A stretch of DNA of 64,000 bases from positions 64,001 to 128,000 of the forward strand of contig CAWBHS010000057.1 of NCBI GenBank assembly GCA_963788655.1. Direction: 5' to 3'. Shown piece by piece: positions 22,003 through 33,400 of the stretch. Position 1 is the stretch's first letter. Every line of letters begins with the position of its first letter. The DNA comes from an uncultured Verrucomicrobiae bacterium. Its GTDB lineage: Bacteria; Verrucomicrobiota; Verrucomicrobiia; Limisphaerales; JAFGQR01. The notes under the pieces are model-generated. The model made no database searches and was not told the DNA's origin. It saw only the letters and a program-made list of their open reading frames with translations. A program made the position numbers and the translations under genes.

Positions 22003-23019
22003 TCATGGTCGCGGCTCCGTTGCCGGCGGCGGACTCGTGGTCTGGTCAGCCTTTTCACGCTTTTCGAGCTTCTTGAGCAACGCTGTTTTTACCACTCCGA
22101 GACTTTCGTCGGTCACCCGGTTCAAGTTGGTGTGCGCCGCCGCAAATCGGCCGGCGTTGATTTGCCAGCGGGCAAAATGGAGGTAAACCCCTTGACGCTC
22201 CTTCTCATCGCGCGCCAGTTCCAAGGCAATTTCCCAGGCCGCCAACGCGTCCTCGGTCCGATCCTTCCGAGCCAGCCGGTCCTTCTCCTCGTTGCCGGTT
22301 TGAGGCGCCGGAATGCCGTAATAGGTCATGGCCCAATCAGTCGCCAACAGGAAATTGGTGGGGTCCAATTCCAACGCTCGACGATAAAGCGCCAACGACT
22401 TGTCGAACACTTCCTGGATACTGATTTTGAAATAGTTGGTCGCGTCGCGCCGGAACAGGTACATCGTGGTGGCAAGATTCTGATAATAGACTGCCTCCAT
22501 GGGTTTCAAGGCCAGCGCCTTGCCATAGCACTCGAAGGCCTTTGCCACCGGACCATTGTGCCCGTAATAATTCGCCAGGTTGTTCCAGGCCGCCGGATCG
22601 TTCGGATCCACTTCGGTTGCTTTTTGAAATTGTTCCCGCGCCGCGTCTTCTTCGGCAAGGTCGCTAAGGAAACTCCCATAAGCCACCCGGGCACCCGCAT
22701 GATCGGGATGCCGCTTGATAAAGGTCTCGTAGCCCTTGCGCACCGATTCAAACCGCTGGTTCATGCGCGCTTTCAGGCTGATCATCCCCGTATTGTCCCC
22801 TTCGGCCTGCCGCTCTTGGGCGTCCAGAATCCATTTGTCCACCTCGGCCTGCGCCGCATCGTCCGCGGCCATCAACTTTCTAAACTCCTGGTCGATCGGA
22901 TCGTTCGGATTCGGCACGGTGACCGAGATCCCGGTGTTTTGGGAAATCAAATTACTGATCGCCGCCGGCTGATTCGTTGCCAGCAGCGTGCTTATCAAAC
23001 CAATCAACGCGTTGCTCAC
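22003..23019 (-). CDS. Tetratricopeptide repeat protein
   Basis: TPR-like segments (AWNNLANYY..AFECYGKALALKP; YRRALELDP). Confidence 0.85.
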   Translation of the reverse strand: MSNALIGLISTLLATNQPAAISNLISQNTGISVTVPNPNDPIDQEFRKLMAADDAAQAEVDKWILDAQERQAEGDNTGMISLKARMNQRFESVRKGYETFIKRHPDHAGARVAYGSFLSDLAEEDAAREQFQKATEVDPNDPAAWNNLANYYGHNGPVAKAFECYGKALALKPMEAVYYQNLATTMYLFRRDATNYFKISIQEVFDKSLALYRRALELDPTNFLLATDWAMTYYGIPAPQTGNEEKDRLARKDRTEDALAAWEIALELARDEKERQGVYLHFARWQINAGRFAAAHTNLNRVTDESLGVVKTALLKKLEKREKADQTTSPPPATEPRP

Positions 23020-23216
23020 AATTCGAAACTAGCATGAACGCGCCGCGGAACGCAACGCGAGGCATGGAACGGGGCGAAATCCGAAGTCCGAAATCCGCCT
23101 CGACCTCCGGATGCACCGCGCCAGGGCTGTTTCCAACTTCCACCTTGAAAAATGCCGCCAAAACAAGTATAGAATCGCGCATGAATCCACCTGCCAACCC
23201 TGGAATGCGATGTACC

Positions 23217-26200
23217 ATGGTGTACGGCCCAAGGCGGCAACCTGTTTCCTTTCAATGCCGACGGGCCTTCCGGACAATTTCCCGATGCGTTGCGCTCCTA
23301 TGGGGGCTCCTCGGGTTAACCGTGTTCCCGGCGCAGGCCCAGTTTTTCTACGAACAACTCCGGGCCTTCGGCAACACCAACGCCATGGCCACCCAGCCGT
23401 ACGCCCCGGTCATCGAGGCCAGCGACGGACTTTTATATGGCACTACATTTGCCGGCGGTGCAGCGGGGAACGGCACGGTGTTCACGATCGTCAAGGACGG
23501 CACCGGATTCCGGGTGTTGCACAGTTTTGGCATCACGGCCGGTGATGGTCTTTCGCCGTACGCCGGTTTATTGGAAGGCAGCGACGGATTGCTCTACGGC
23601 ACCACGCGCGAAGGCGGCAATGCCAGCCTGGGGGCGATCTTCAAAATGGCCAAGGACGGCACCGGCTACAGCGTGCTGCACAGCTTCTCCGGTGGCACGG
23701 GCGATGGAGCAAATCCTTACGCGGCGCTGATCGAAGGGACGGACGGCATGCTTTACGGCGTTTGCTACAACGGCGGCGCTTCCAGCGTGGGCACAATTTT
23801 TAAGCTCAATCCGGACGGCAGTGGCTACGCCGTGGTTCGCATTTTTCCGGCGGTAAGAACGATGGGGAAAATCCTTCTGCCGCGCTGCTGGAGGGTAGCG
23901 ACGGCGTCCTGTATGGCACCACCGAACACGGCGGCAATGAATACACCACTGACCTCGGCACGAAAATCAGCGTTGGCACCGTGTTCAAGATCAACAAGAA
24001 TGGCAGCAGTTACAGCGTGCTCCGCAAGTTTTCCACCAGCGGTGGCGATGGCCGCCATCCGATTGCTCCGTTGATCGAAGCCAGCGATGGCCTGTTATAT
24101 GGGACCACTTCACAGGGCGGCACGACGGATGCCGACGGCTATACTTATGGTACCGTGTTTCGCTTGGGCAAGTCCGGTTCCGGTTACCAGGTGCTTCGGA
24201 AGTTTCTGGACCTGAACGACGCGCAAAATCCCACGGGCGGGCTCGTGCAAGCCGGTGACGGCTTCCTGTATGGCACGACCGAATTCGATGGCTTCAATTA
24301 CGCGGGAGCCGTGTTTCGAATGGCCCTCGACGGCAGCAGTTATTCGGTCCCATTTGTGTTCAGCAGCACGGATGGTGAAGCGCCCTCTGCCTCGCTCATT
24401 GAAGCCAGCGACGGTTTGCTCTACGGCACGACCAGTCGCGGCGGCCTCACGGATCAGGGCACCCTGTTCCAATTGGCGGCCGGCGGCGCAACGCACACAT
24501 TGCTGCACGCATTCAGTCAAACCGGCGGTGACCCCGGCAATCTGGAAGCCGGCCTGATTGAGGGCAGCGACGGGCAGTTCTATGGCGTTAGCCGAAACGG
24601 CGGCGCTGCCAACGCCGGCACCGTTTTCCAGGTCAGCCCGGACGGCAGCGGATTGACCATCCTGCACTCCTTTGCCACGGACGGTGTGGACGGACAGGAA
24701 CCAGCCGGCCGTTTGTTGGAAGGTTCGGACGGCATGCTCTATGGCACCACCTATTACGGCGGCACAACCAACAAAGGCACGGTGTTCCGGCTCCAGAAAG
24801 ACGGCGGTGGTTATGCGGTGCTTTGCAATTTCCTCGATTATCACCAAGGCCAGAACCCGGAGGCCGGGCTCATCGAAGGCAACGACGGCGCGCTGTACGG
24901 CACCTGCACCAAAGGTGGTTCCGGCGTACTGTATGGAACCATTTTCAAGCTCAACAAAAACGGCACCGGCTTTGCCACCCTCTACAACTTCAGTCTGGAC
25001 CGGCGCAATCCTAACGCGCCATTGATCGAGGGACCCGACGATTATCTTTACGGCACCGCCAATTATGGCGGGCGGCCCAGCAGTCCCACTCCAGGCGAGG
25101 TCTTTCGCATTCGAAAAGATGGTTCCGGCTATGTCACATTGCACGCGTTTGGAGGCAATGACGGACAAATATCCTGTCGGCGGTTTGTTGGCTCCTGGTG
25201 ACGGCTGGCTCTACGGAGTCACCGCCAACGGCGGCGCCAACGATGAAGGAACCTTGTATCGCCTGCAACCTAATGGCAGCAGCTTCAGCGTGCTGAAAAG
25301 TTTCCCGGCTGCCGGCAACGACGGTCACAATCCGCTCGGCGGTTTGGCCTTGGGTGCCGACGGAATGCTTTACGGCACGCACCTCCAGCGGCGGCTCTTA
25401 CAACGCCGGCACCGCGTTCCGTTTGGCGCCCGCTGGCGGCGACTTTGAGACGTTGCACGCTTTCGGCGCCACGATCACTGATGGACAGAGTCCACAGGCA
25501 GCCTTAATCCAGGCGAGCGACGGCAATTTCTATGGCACCACCGCGCTGGGCGGACGCGGCGACCTGGGTACCGTCTTCCGCTTCGGCAACAATCAGGCAG
25601 TCGATGTGTCCGTCGAACTCACGGCGCACCCGGATCCCGTGGCACTTGGGCAAGACCTGACGTACGACGTGGTGATCAGCAACGCCGGTCCCACGATCGC
25701 CTCCGCCGTGTTGCTCACCAATCAACTACCGACCGCCGTCAACTTTGTTTCCGCGACCGCCAGCCAGGGTGGTTGCACCATTGATAACGGGATCGTCGAA
25801 TGTGCCTTGGGCAGCCTGGACGCCCAGGCAACTGCCACGGTCAGCATTGTCGTTTCGCCGACCGAAGTCGGGATGCTGACCAACACCGTTTGGGTGAGTG
25901 CCGCACAGGCCGATTCGGTCTCCCAACAACAATTCCGCCGCGGCAGCCGTGGACGTTCTGCAGCCGCCCACGATCAGCGAACCTCCACATGTCCATGACC
26001 GTCACGAACGGAGCGTCGGTCAATTTCAGCGTCACCGCCGCCGGCTCGGATCTGAGTTACCAATGGACCCATGACGGCGCCGTTATTTCCGGCGAAACCA
26101 GCAGCGTGCTGACCCTGGTTGCGGTCAGTCAGGAGGACGCCGGTGACTATCACGTGTCGATCACCAACGCCGTGGGTTCCGTCACCAGTTCGCCCGCCAC

Positions 26201-26994
26201 CTTGACTGTGCTCGAATTGCCAACGATCGCGCCAATCGACGATCAATCCACCGACGAAGACACGCCACTGCAAATCGCGCTCACCATTGGCGACTTGGAA
26301 ACGCCGGCCACCGCCTTGGCCGTCACGGCGAGCTCCGACAATCAAGTGCTCGTGCCCAATGCTAACCTGCAAATCTCCGACGGCGGCAGCAATCGGACGT
26401 TGACCATTTCTCCGGCGTTGAATCAATTCGGTTCCGCCCTCATTACCGTCACCGTCACCGACGAAGACGGGCTTTCCGCCCAGTCGGCTTTTACGCTCAC
26501 TGTGAATTCGGTGCTCGATTTACCAATCATCACGCAACAACCGCAGGAACGTCACCGTGCCGTCGGGAACAGATGCGACATTTAGCGTGGCGGCTGAAGG
26601 CGTCCCGGACCTCCAATACCAATGGCAACACCGCGGCGCCGCCCTGCCAGGGGAGACCGGGGCTATCTTGATTGTGAGCGGCACGCAACCAAACGATGCC
26701 GGTGATTACGCCGTGGTCGTGACGAGCTTCGATGGTTCGGTAACGAGTGAAACTGCGCAATTGCGCGTGTTGGTTGCGCCGACATTGACCGCGGTGGAAT
26801 TCTAGCGCGGGTCAGGCTAGCTTCTCATTTCAGACCGTCAAAGGTTATTCCTACATCGTCGAATACAACGACTCGCTGGCGCCCGATGGTTGGACGCGCC
26901 CTTCCGACGATTCCAGGCACCGGCGAAGCTCACCCCATTCACGGACGCCAGCGCCGTCCAGCCCCATCGTTTCTATCGCGTGCGAGTAGAGTAA
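23217..26994 (+). CDS. Secreted GloVer-type tandem-repeat protein with DUF11-like and Ig domains; several frameshifts
   Basis: More than 10 repeats of L.(E/Q)..DG.LYGTT..GG...GTVF across ORFs 22977, 23981, 25065 and 25354, followed by a DUF11-like segment (DPVALGQDLTY..NAGP) and Ig domains. Ends HRFYRVRVE*(26992-26994). Confidence 0.82.
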
Positions 26995-27155
26995 AACAAA
27001 GCTCGATCACCGTCTCATTCGTGCCATGTGTCCCTTCCACTAGACCACCGCGAGTCATGGTGCTTGCATGGTATGGCCGACCGACAGTTATTACTTCTCG
27101 ATTCATGCGCTGGGCGGTGAAGCTGGCCTGAATCGCTTCATGCTTGTTTCCCTTA

Positions 27156-27215
27156 TTGAATTTGGAAAAAGGTTGAACCCGGAAAAAGGTTTAGTATAAT
27201 GTAAACGTATTTACA
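27156..27215 (+). promoter_or_regulatory. Sigma70-like promoter with a tandem repeat and an operator-like palindrome
   Basis: TTGAAC(27173)-16 bp-TATAAT(27195); 17-bp tandem repeat ttgaaNNNggaaaaagg x2; palindrome TGTAAA-cgta-TTTACA at 27200-27215. Confidence 0.65.
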
Positions 27216-27217
27216 CT

Positions 27218-29711
27218 ATGAGAGCTTGTTTTTACCTACTCTTGGCAACCGGCTTGGAATGGTCGGGGATGGTTGGGGCGGCGCAACAACAGCAGCAGGT
27301 GCGCATTGATCGCCTCACGCCGAGTGAGATTGCGCTTTCCATGGACACCATAGCAGGCACCAGTTACGAATTGCTCTACGCGCCGCGCCTTATGGAAGGT
27401 TTCTTCGTCATCGAAACGTTCGTCAGCGCCGGCGGCACCGAGCAGCGAACGCTGGATCGGGCTTTCTATCCGGGCGAAGCCTATTTCGCGCTGGCTCAGG
27501 CGCCGTTTCAAGCCGGTTCCGGCCGCGTCACCGCCACGGTGGAGGCCTATGGAAGCGGGTCGCCGCCGCCGGTAATCGACACGACGAAACAACATCCGGC
27601 ACCCGGACATTCCTCTGTAGGCTGGAACGAGGTGGCGTGGGACGTGGATCACAGCGTGGCGCTCTCGCTGCCCCAGTTGCGCGGCCGCATTGAGCACGCG
27701 GACCAGCGCGCCGCGGACGCCAACGTGGCCACGAACGGAAGTCCGACTGGCGCCTACAACCGGAAGTTGGACCGCTATCACTTCTGGCCAAACGTCATTC
27801 ACCTTTCGCAAGTCTGGTATCAAGCGCCGGATTTGTATGGGACGCTGGTGAGCGCGCTGCTGGACCGGGAAGACGGCGCTAATCGGCTGGTGATGAGCAA
27901 CTACCTCGAGCAAGCCATTGGCGTGCTCCAGCAACGCGTGGTACCTGGCGCACGACTTCTGCACCCAGGTACCGGTGGGCGACCGGGTGCTGTTCGAGGT
28001 ACACTATTCGGTCCTGATCAACCTGGACGACAAGACCGTGCTGGAAGTTCAGAGCCATGGCCGGGAACAGGAGGGACTGGGGGAATTGACTGATCCGCGT
28101 GCCGCTGAGCTGCAGATGTTAATGCAGAATGGTCTGCCCGCGGCGACTCCCGACGAAGCGTGGGACATGTGCCTGCGCGGAAATTTCAACATCTACAAAT
28201 ACAATGCCATCAATGTGGACAAATGGGATTCGGCGCCAACACGGGAGTATTATCTGCGCCGAATTGATTTGTCGTGCGGCGCTCCCCCGCCCCAGGTCGC
28301 CTTCCCCATCCAGCCCGAGGAACCCACTTATCCGTGCCTCTTGCTGGGGATTCCGATGATCCTGAAGCAACCCGGAGATATTCCGCTAGAAAAGTTGCCG
28401 CCGCGGCATCCGGGCAATCCAGGCGGAGGCGATGATCCGGACAATCCTTTCCAGCCGCCGCCCAACGGGCCGCGACCGCTGCCGCCGGGCAGTGGCTCGG
28501 ATCTCATCTCACCGTTTCCGGCGCCCGGCGAACCGGATGACGCAGCCTCGCCGTCGAACACTGGCGAACCGAGCAGCGGCCCTTCCCCCTCGACGCCACC
28601 GACGCCGGGCTGTCCACCCGATGACCCAACGGAAATCCTGAACCAGATCGCCGCCAAATATGCCGAAGTGGACGCCGCTTATTCGAACGCACTGGCGCGT
28701 TACAATCGCGATGTCCAGACGTTTAACGACAACTTCAAATGGGGCTGGCCCGAGGCCGGGACCGAAGTCCAATTCGAGGATCCTGAATTGCAGTCCTTGT
28801 ATGAAAGCTTCCTGGCGCAAGTGGAAGCCAAACGCCGGGTCATTCAGGACCTGCTGGATATGATCCGTCAGGACCGGCAGGCCATCGAAGCCAAGAAGAT
28901 GGAGTGTGGCACCCTGGTCTTAATGGCGGCCGGCTTGCGGGCCAGTATGTGGGAAAACATGATCACGGTCGGCGGCGAATGGTCGCAGGTTTCGATCAAT
29001 TGCGTTCCTGCGTTCGTCCCTTCGGGGGGAATTCCGGCGAACCAGGTCGTGGTCGTGACCGAAGAAATGCAACGGCAATTTCAAAGCGACCTCTACGGCG
29101 CGCTGATGAATGGGGCGACTTGGGATGAAGCCGTCGAGACCGCCGTGACCGCCGCGCCCGGCGATGCCATCATGAAGACGATTTGGCGTGGTTATGCGCA
29201 ATGCCTGAAGAAACTTGCGGTCCGGCAATTGCGCATTTTCCTGGCGATGTACCTGCCACCGGAGGACGTGGAAACCGGCATTCGCATCATGTTTGAAGGC
29301 GAGTCGGCCCTATCCCCGGAACAAGCCGAGTGCCTGCGGCAACTCCGGGAACTCGTCGAAGGTCTGCGGCCCCAATGGGAGGCACAGCGGGCGACCATCC
29401 GCGATTGCGAACGGCAGATTCACGATCTCTGGATTCAGTTTTATCAGGCGGTGCAGGCTCGCAACGCCGCCGCGCGCCAAACGCATCGCGATTTCGACCA
29501 GAAGCTATATATCCTTGAGGCCTTCATGGCCTACCTGCGAAACGGTGGCTTCGACTTGGACAACCCGGATGACCCGGCAGCGCCGCGCTACCTGACCCAC
29601 GAAGCGTTCTGCCGCCTGCTGCGGATGCTGCTGGTCGATCCGGAGTGCGCGAGCATCCCGTGCATCCCGGAATACCTGCAGACGTTGATTGATGTGAACT
29701 GCCCCGACTAA
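27218..29711 (+). CDS. Hypothetical secreted protein with Pro-rich linker and helical/coiled-coil C-terminal half; probable frameshift at ~27915-27940
   Basis: ORFs 27218-28093 and 27918-29711 overlap and show coding-like codon usage. A signal-like N-terminus follows a strong promoter. Confidence 0.65.
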
Positions 29712-29712
29712 C

Positions 29713-30237
29713 GTGAAGCTCAACCGACAGTGTGAGATAAAAGAATACCTGCTGAAAGCGGATGGTGGATTTCCCAACAACCCGCGGCTGCCGCTGCTGA
29801 TTTACAAATCCGTTTTGGAACCGTCATCGGAGGACTTGGCCGGCGAGATTGAATCGCTGTTCGAGAGGCACGGATGGGGCGGTTCCTGGCGCGACAGCGT
29901 TTATCCCTTTCATCACTACCACAGCAACACGCACGAAGTGCTCGGGTGTTATCGCGGATCGGCCACGATCCAGTTCGGCGGCCCCAACGGTCCGGTCGTG
30001 CCGTTCGTGGCCGGGGATGTGGCCGTGCTGCCCGCCGGCACTTCCCACAAGAAACTCGATGCCAGTCACGACTTCGCTGTGGTTGGCGCTTATCCCGCTG
30101 CCGCCGACTACGATCTGCTCAAAGGGGATCCCGCCGACCGGCCCCAAGCTGAAGTAAACATCCGGGCTACTCCGATTCCCGACGCCGATCCGGTTTTTGG
30201 ATCGGATGGTGGGCTGCGGCAACACTGGCAGGGTTGA
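29713..30237 (+). CDS. Cupin-domain protein (YjlB-like)
   Basis: Motifs FPNN.RLPLLIY, FHHYHSNTHEVLG and GDVAVLPAGTSH. Confidence 0.88.
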   Translation: MKLNRQCEIKEYLLKADGGFPNNPRLPLLIYKSVLEPSSEDLAGEIESLFERHGWGGSWRDSVYPFHHYHSNTHEVLGCYRGSATIQFGGPNGPVVPFVAGDVAVLPAGTSHKKLDASHDFAVVGAYPAAADYDLLKGDPADRPQAEVNIRATPIPDADPVFGSDGGLRQHWQG

Positions 30238-30300
30238 CTTTATCCGTTCACTTACGAATCCCGGTACCGCATTCCGCGTAAGCATCCACAGATGGACGGA

Positions 30301-30402
30301 AGCGCGGGCGTCCTCGCCGGCGAGTTCGAGCACCGTCCCGGTGCATGAGCCCGACTGGCGGCGAGACGCCGCCGTAACTCGCAGCCGGGACGGCTGCGCT
30401 AC
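30301..30402. repeat. REP-like composite palindrome
   Basis: Short hairpins gcaccgtcccggtgc, ggcggcgagacgccgcc and gcagccgggacggctgc within an inverted arrangement ending gcgctac. Confidence 0.7.
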
Positions 30403-30492
30403 AATTGCCGGCAACCTGTCGATGCCCTGGTAAGCATCTCTCATCCACATTTAAACTTGCCGCAACGCGTGGGGTTTGCGTATTAAAGCTTG

Positions 30493-33400
30493 ATGCTGTT
30501 CCGCTCAACCACGACTGCCGCGTTTCGTTTCGGCGCGCTTTTCTATCGTCTCCTTTGCTTGATCCCCATTTTCATCCTGACGGCGTTCTTGAGCACCGCC
30601 ACTGCCCAGCCAAACCAGACCAAAACCGGCAAGCCCTGGCTCGACATGGACTACGGCCCGTTCCTGACGGCCACGATCGAAGCCCCTGCGCCGCGCACCA
30701 ACCTGGCCTACAAGGGATCGCGATTAATGTCGGCCAGGCTTTTGGCGGCGATCACAACGAAGCGATTGTTTTCGACACCGATCTGCTGCGTTACTCCGCC
30801 GGCTGGACCGGCCATTTCGTGGCGCTCAAAGGGGTCGTGTATGACGGCGCCCATTGGGACTATCCCGGAATCGACGGCGACCAAGTTTTCGGTAATCCCA
30901 TGACGCCAGGTTGGGCTCGAGAGCGGCCAGTTTGATGATCCGCGTGAATATCCGTTTGGACCGCTGCCACACGATTGGGCCCATTGGAAAGGACTCTACC
31001 TGCACGGCAACCAAGTGATTCTGTCGTACACCGTCGGCGACTGCCCGGTGCTGGAAATGCCCTCGCTCGAACGCGCGGGCGAAACCACAGCGTTCACTCG
31101 CGTGCTGAACCTGGGACCATCCGCCACCGACCAAACCGTGCAACTCATTTTCGACGCCGCCAAGCAAACTCAAGTGGTGCGTTTGACCGACCTTCAATCC
31201 GCCGCCGCCACGACTCCGGTCAACGCCACGCTTGCCCTGTTGCAACCTCCCCTACGCCCATCGTCAAGTGCCAAGTCCTCGGCAGCGGCGCCGGAAAATG
31301 ATTTGCTCGGCCTTTGGGAATTCAATGAAGGCGGCGGCGAAGTGGCGCAGGATCGATCTGGCCATCAGCGGCCATTGAAGCTCGAGGGCACCGGTTGGGA
31401 TTCATCGGGGCAGGAAGGGTCCGCCTTGTCGTTTGCCGGACATCATTTCGCCGAAGTAGCGCGGCCGGACGAAATCGATTTTGATCGTTCGGATTTGTCC
31501 ATCGCCGTTTGGATCAAGACCCGGAAGGACGGCACCATCCTGTCCAAAACTGCACCGGACACCAAGTGGGTGCCTGATGGCAAATCGTTATTCGTGCGCA
31601 ATGGCCGGTTGGGTTTCGACATTGGCTGGGTGGGCGCCGTCCAGGGCGAACATCCCATCGCTGACGGTGCCTGGCATCACGTCATGCTGACTTGGTCGCA
31701 CACCGACGGACATGTCGCGCTGTTTGTGGATGGCCGCGCCGAACGCGCCGGCAACTTGAAGCCCAAACACGTCACGTCAGGCTACGTCGTCCGCCTTGGC
31801 TTTACGGCAACGAATTTTCCCGCCTCACCGTGGCTTCATGGCTCCCTGGATGGGCTGCGCCTTTATGGACGCATCTTGTCGGCTGAAGAAATTGCCACGC
31901 TCGCCCAGCAGCAACTGATACCGCAATTGCTGGCCGTGGGAGTTGTGGGCGCGCCGACCGGCAGCGCCTGGGTCACCAACGCCAACGGCCACATTCGACT
32001 GCGTATTCCAGCGCACAATTCCGCTACGAACCTGAAGCTCTTGATTTGGGGTGGCGCCCAAGAATCGCTGGCCGGCTTTGCCCGGTTGGTCCAACAGTCG
32101 CCTTCGGCCGCTTCGCTCGAACCATTGACCCATGGCGGTCCCGCACATTGGAATCCCCAACTCACCACCCACGGCAAGCTGGGCGCCGACGATGGTCCCT
32201 ACGCCATCGATACGCTGACGTGCCCGGAGCAAAATCCGTGGGATTCCTGGATGCGTTTCGGCGGGGTGGACTTTTTCGCGGACGGCAAACGCGCGGCCTT
32301 GGGTACGTGGAGCGGCGATGTCTGGATTGTTTCCGGCATCAATGGCGCGCTCGAAAAACTCACCTGGCAACGGATCGCCACGGGCCTGTTTCAACCGTTG
32401 GGCTTGCAGATTGTGAAGGGACAAATCTATGTCCTGGGCCGCGATCAGATCACGATCCTGCGCGATCTGAACGGCGACGGGGAAACGGACTTCTATCAGA
32501 ACTTCAACAACGACTGCTTGGTCAGCGAGCACTTCCACGAGTTCGCCTTGGATCTCAAGACGGACCAAGACGGCAACTTCTATTACATCAAATGCGCCCG
32601 GCACGCCTTGCCCGCGTTGCACCCGCACCACGGCACGTTGCTCAAGCTGCCGCCGGATGGCTCGAAACTTGAAGTCGTGGCGCGCGGCTTCCGGGCCGTC
32701 AACGGACTAGGCGTTGGCCCAAATGGCGAGTTGACCTGCGTCGATAACCAGGGTTACTGGATGCCGGCCAACCGAATCAACTGGATCAAACCGGGCGGTT
32801 GGTACGGCAACCAATGGGCGTGGAATCCCGAGAACCGCACCAACTACGACGAACCGCTTTGTTGGGTCCACAACTTCGTGGACCGCTCAGGCGGCACGCA
32901 CTTGTGGGTGCCCACCGATCAATGGGGGCCGTTGCAAGACCAACTCATCACCTTGTCCTATGGCATGGGACGCATGTTCCTCGTATTGAAAGAAGAGGTG
33001 GACGGTTTGATGCAGGGAGGCTTGACCCGGTTTCCGATGGAGTTCGACACCGGAGTAATGCGGGGCGTGTTCCATCCGCAGGATCATCAACTCTACGCCT
33101 GCGGACTCTATGGCTGGGCGGGGAATAAAACCAAGCCCGGCGAATTCTATCGCATTCGTTACACCGGAAAGCCATTGAACATGCCGCAGCACTTGCACGT
33201 GGCCAGCGACGGGATGCTGGTCGGCTTTTCCGATCCGCTTGATCCCACCACGGCCACGGATTCCGGCAATTATGACGTGAAAGTGTGGAACTACCATTGG
33301 ACCGCAAACTACGGCTCGCCTGATTTCAAACCCAACGGGCAGGAAGGCCGTGAAACGTTGCCCGTCAAGTCCGCTACTCTGTCCGCCGACCGCAAGACGG

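Noticed and set aside
23390..25590. Periodic repeats as a CRISPR array
   Set aside because: They are degenerate protein-coding repeats (LYGTT..GG) with no identical repeat/spacer structure and no cas genes.
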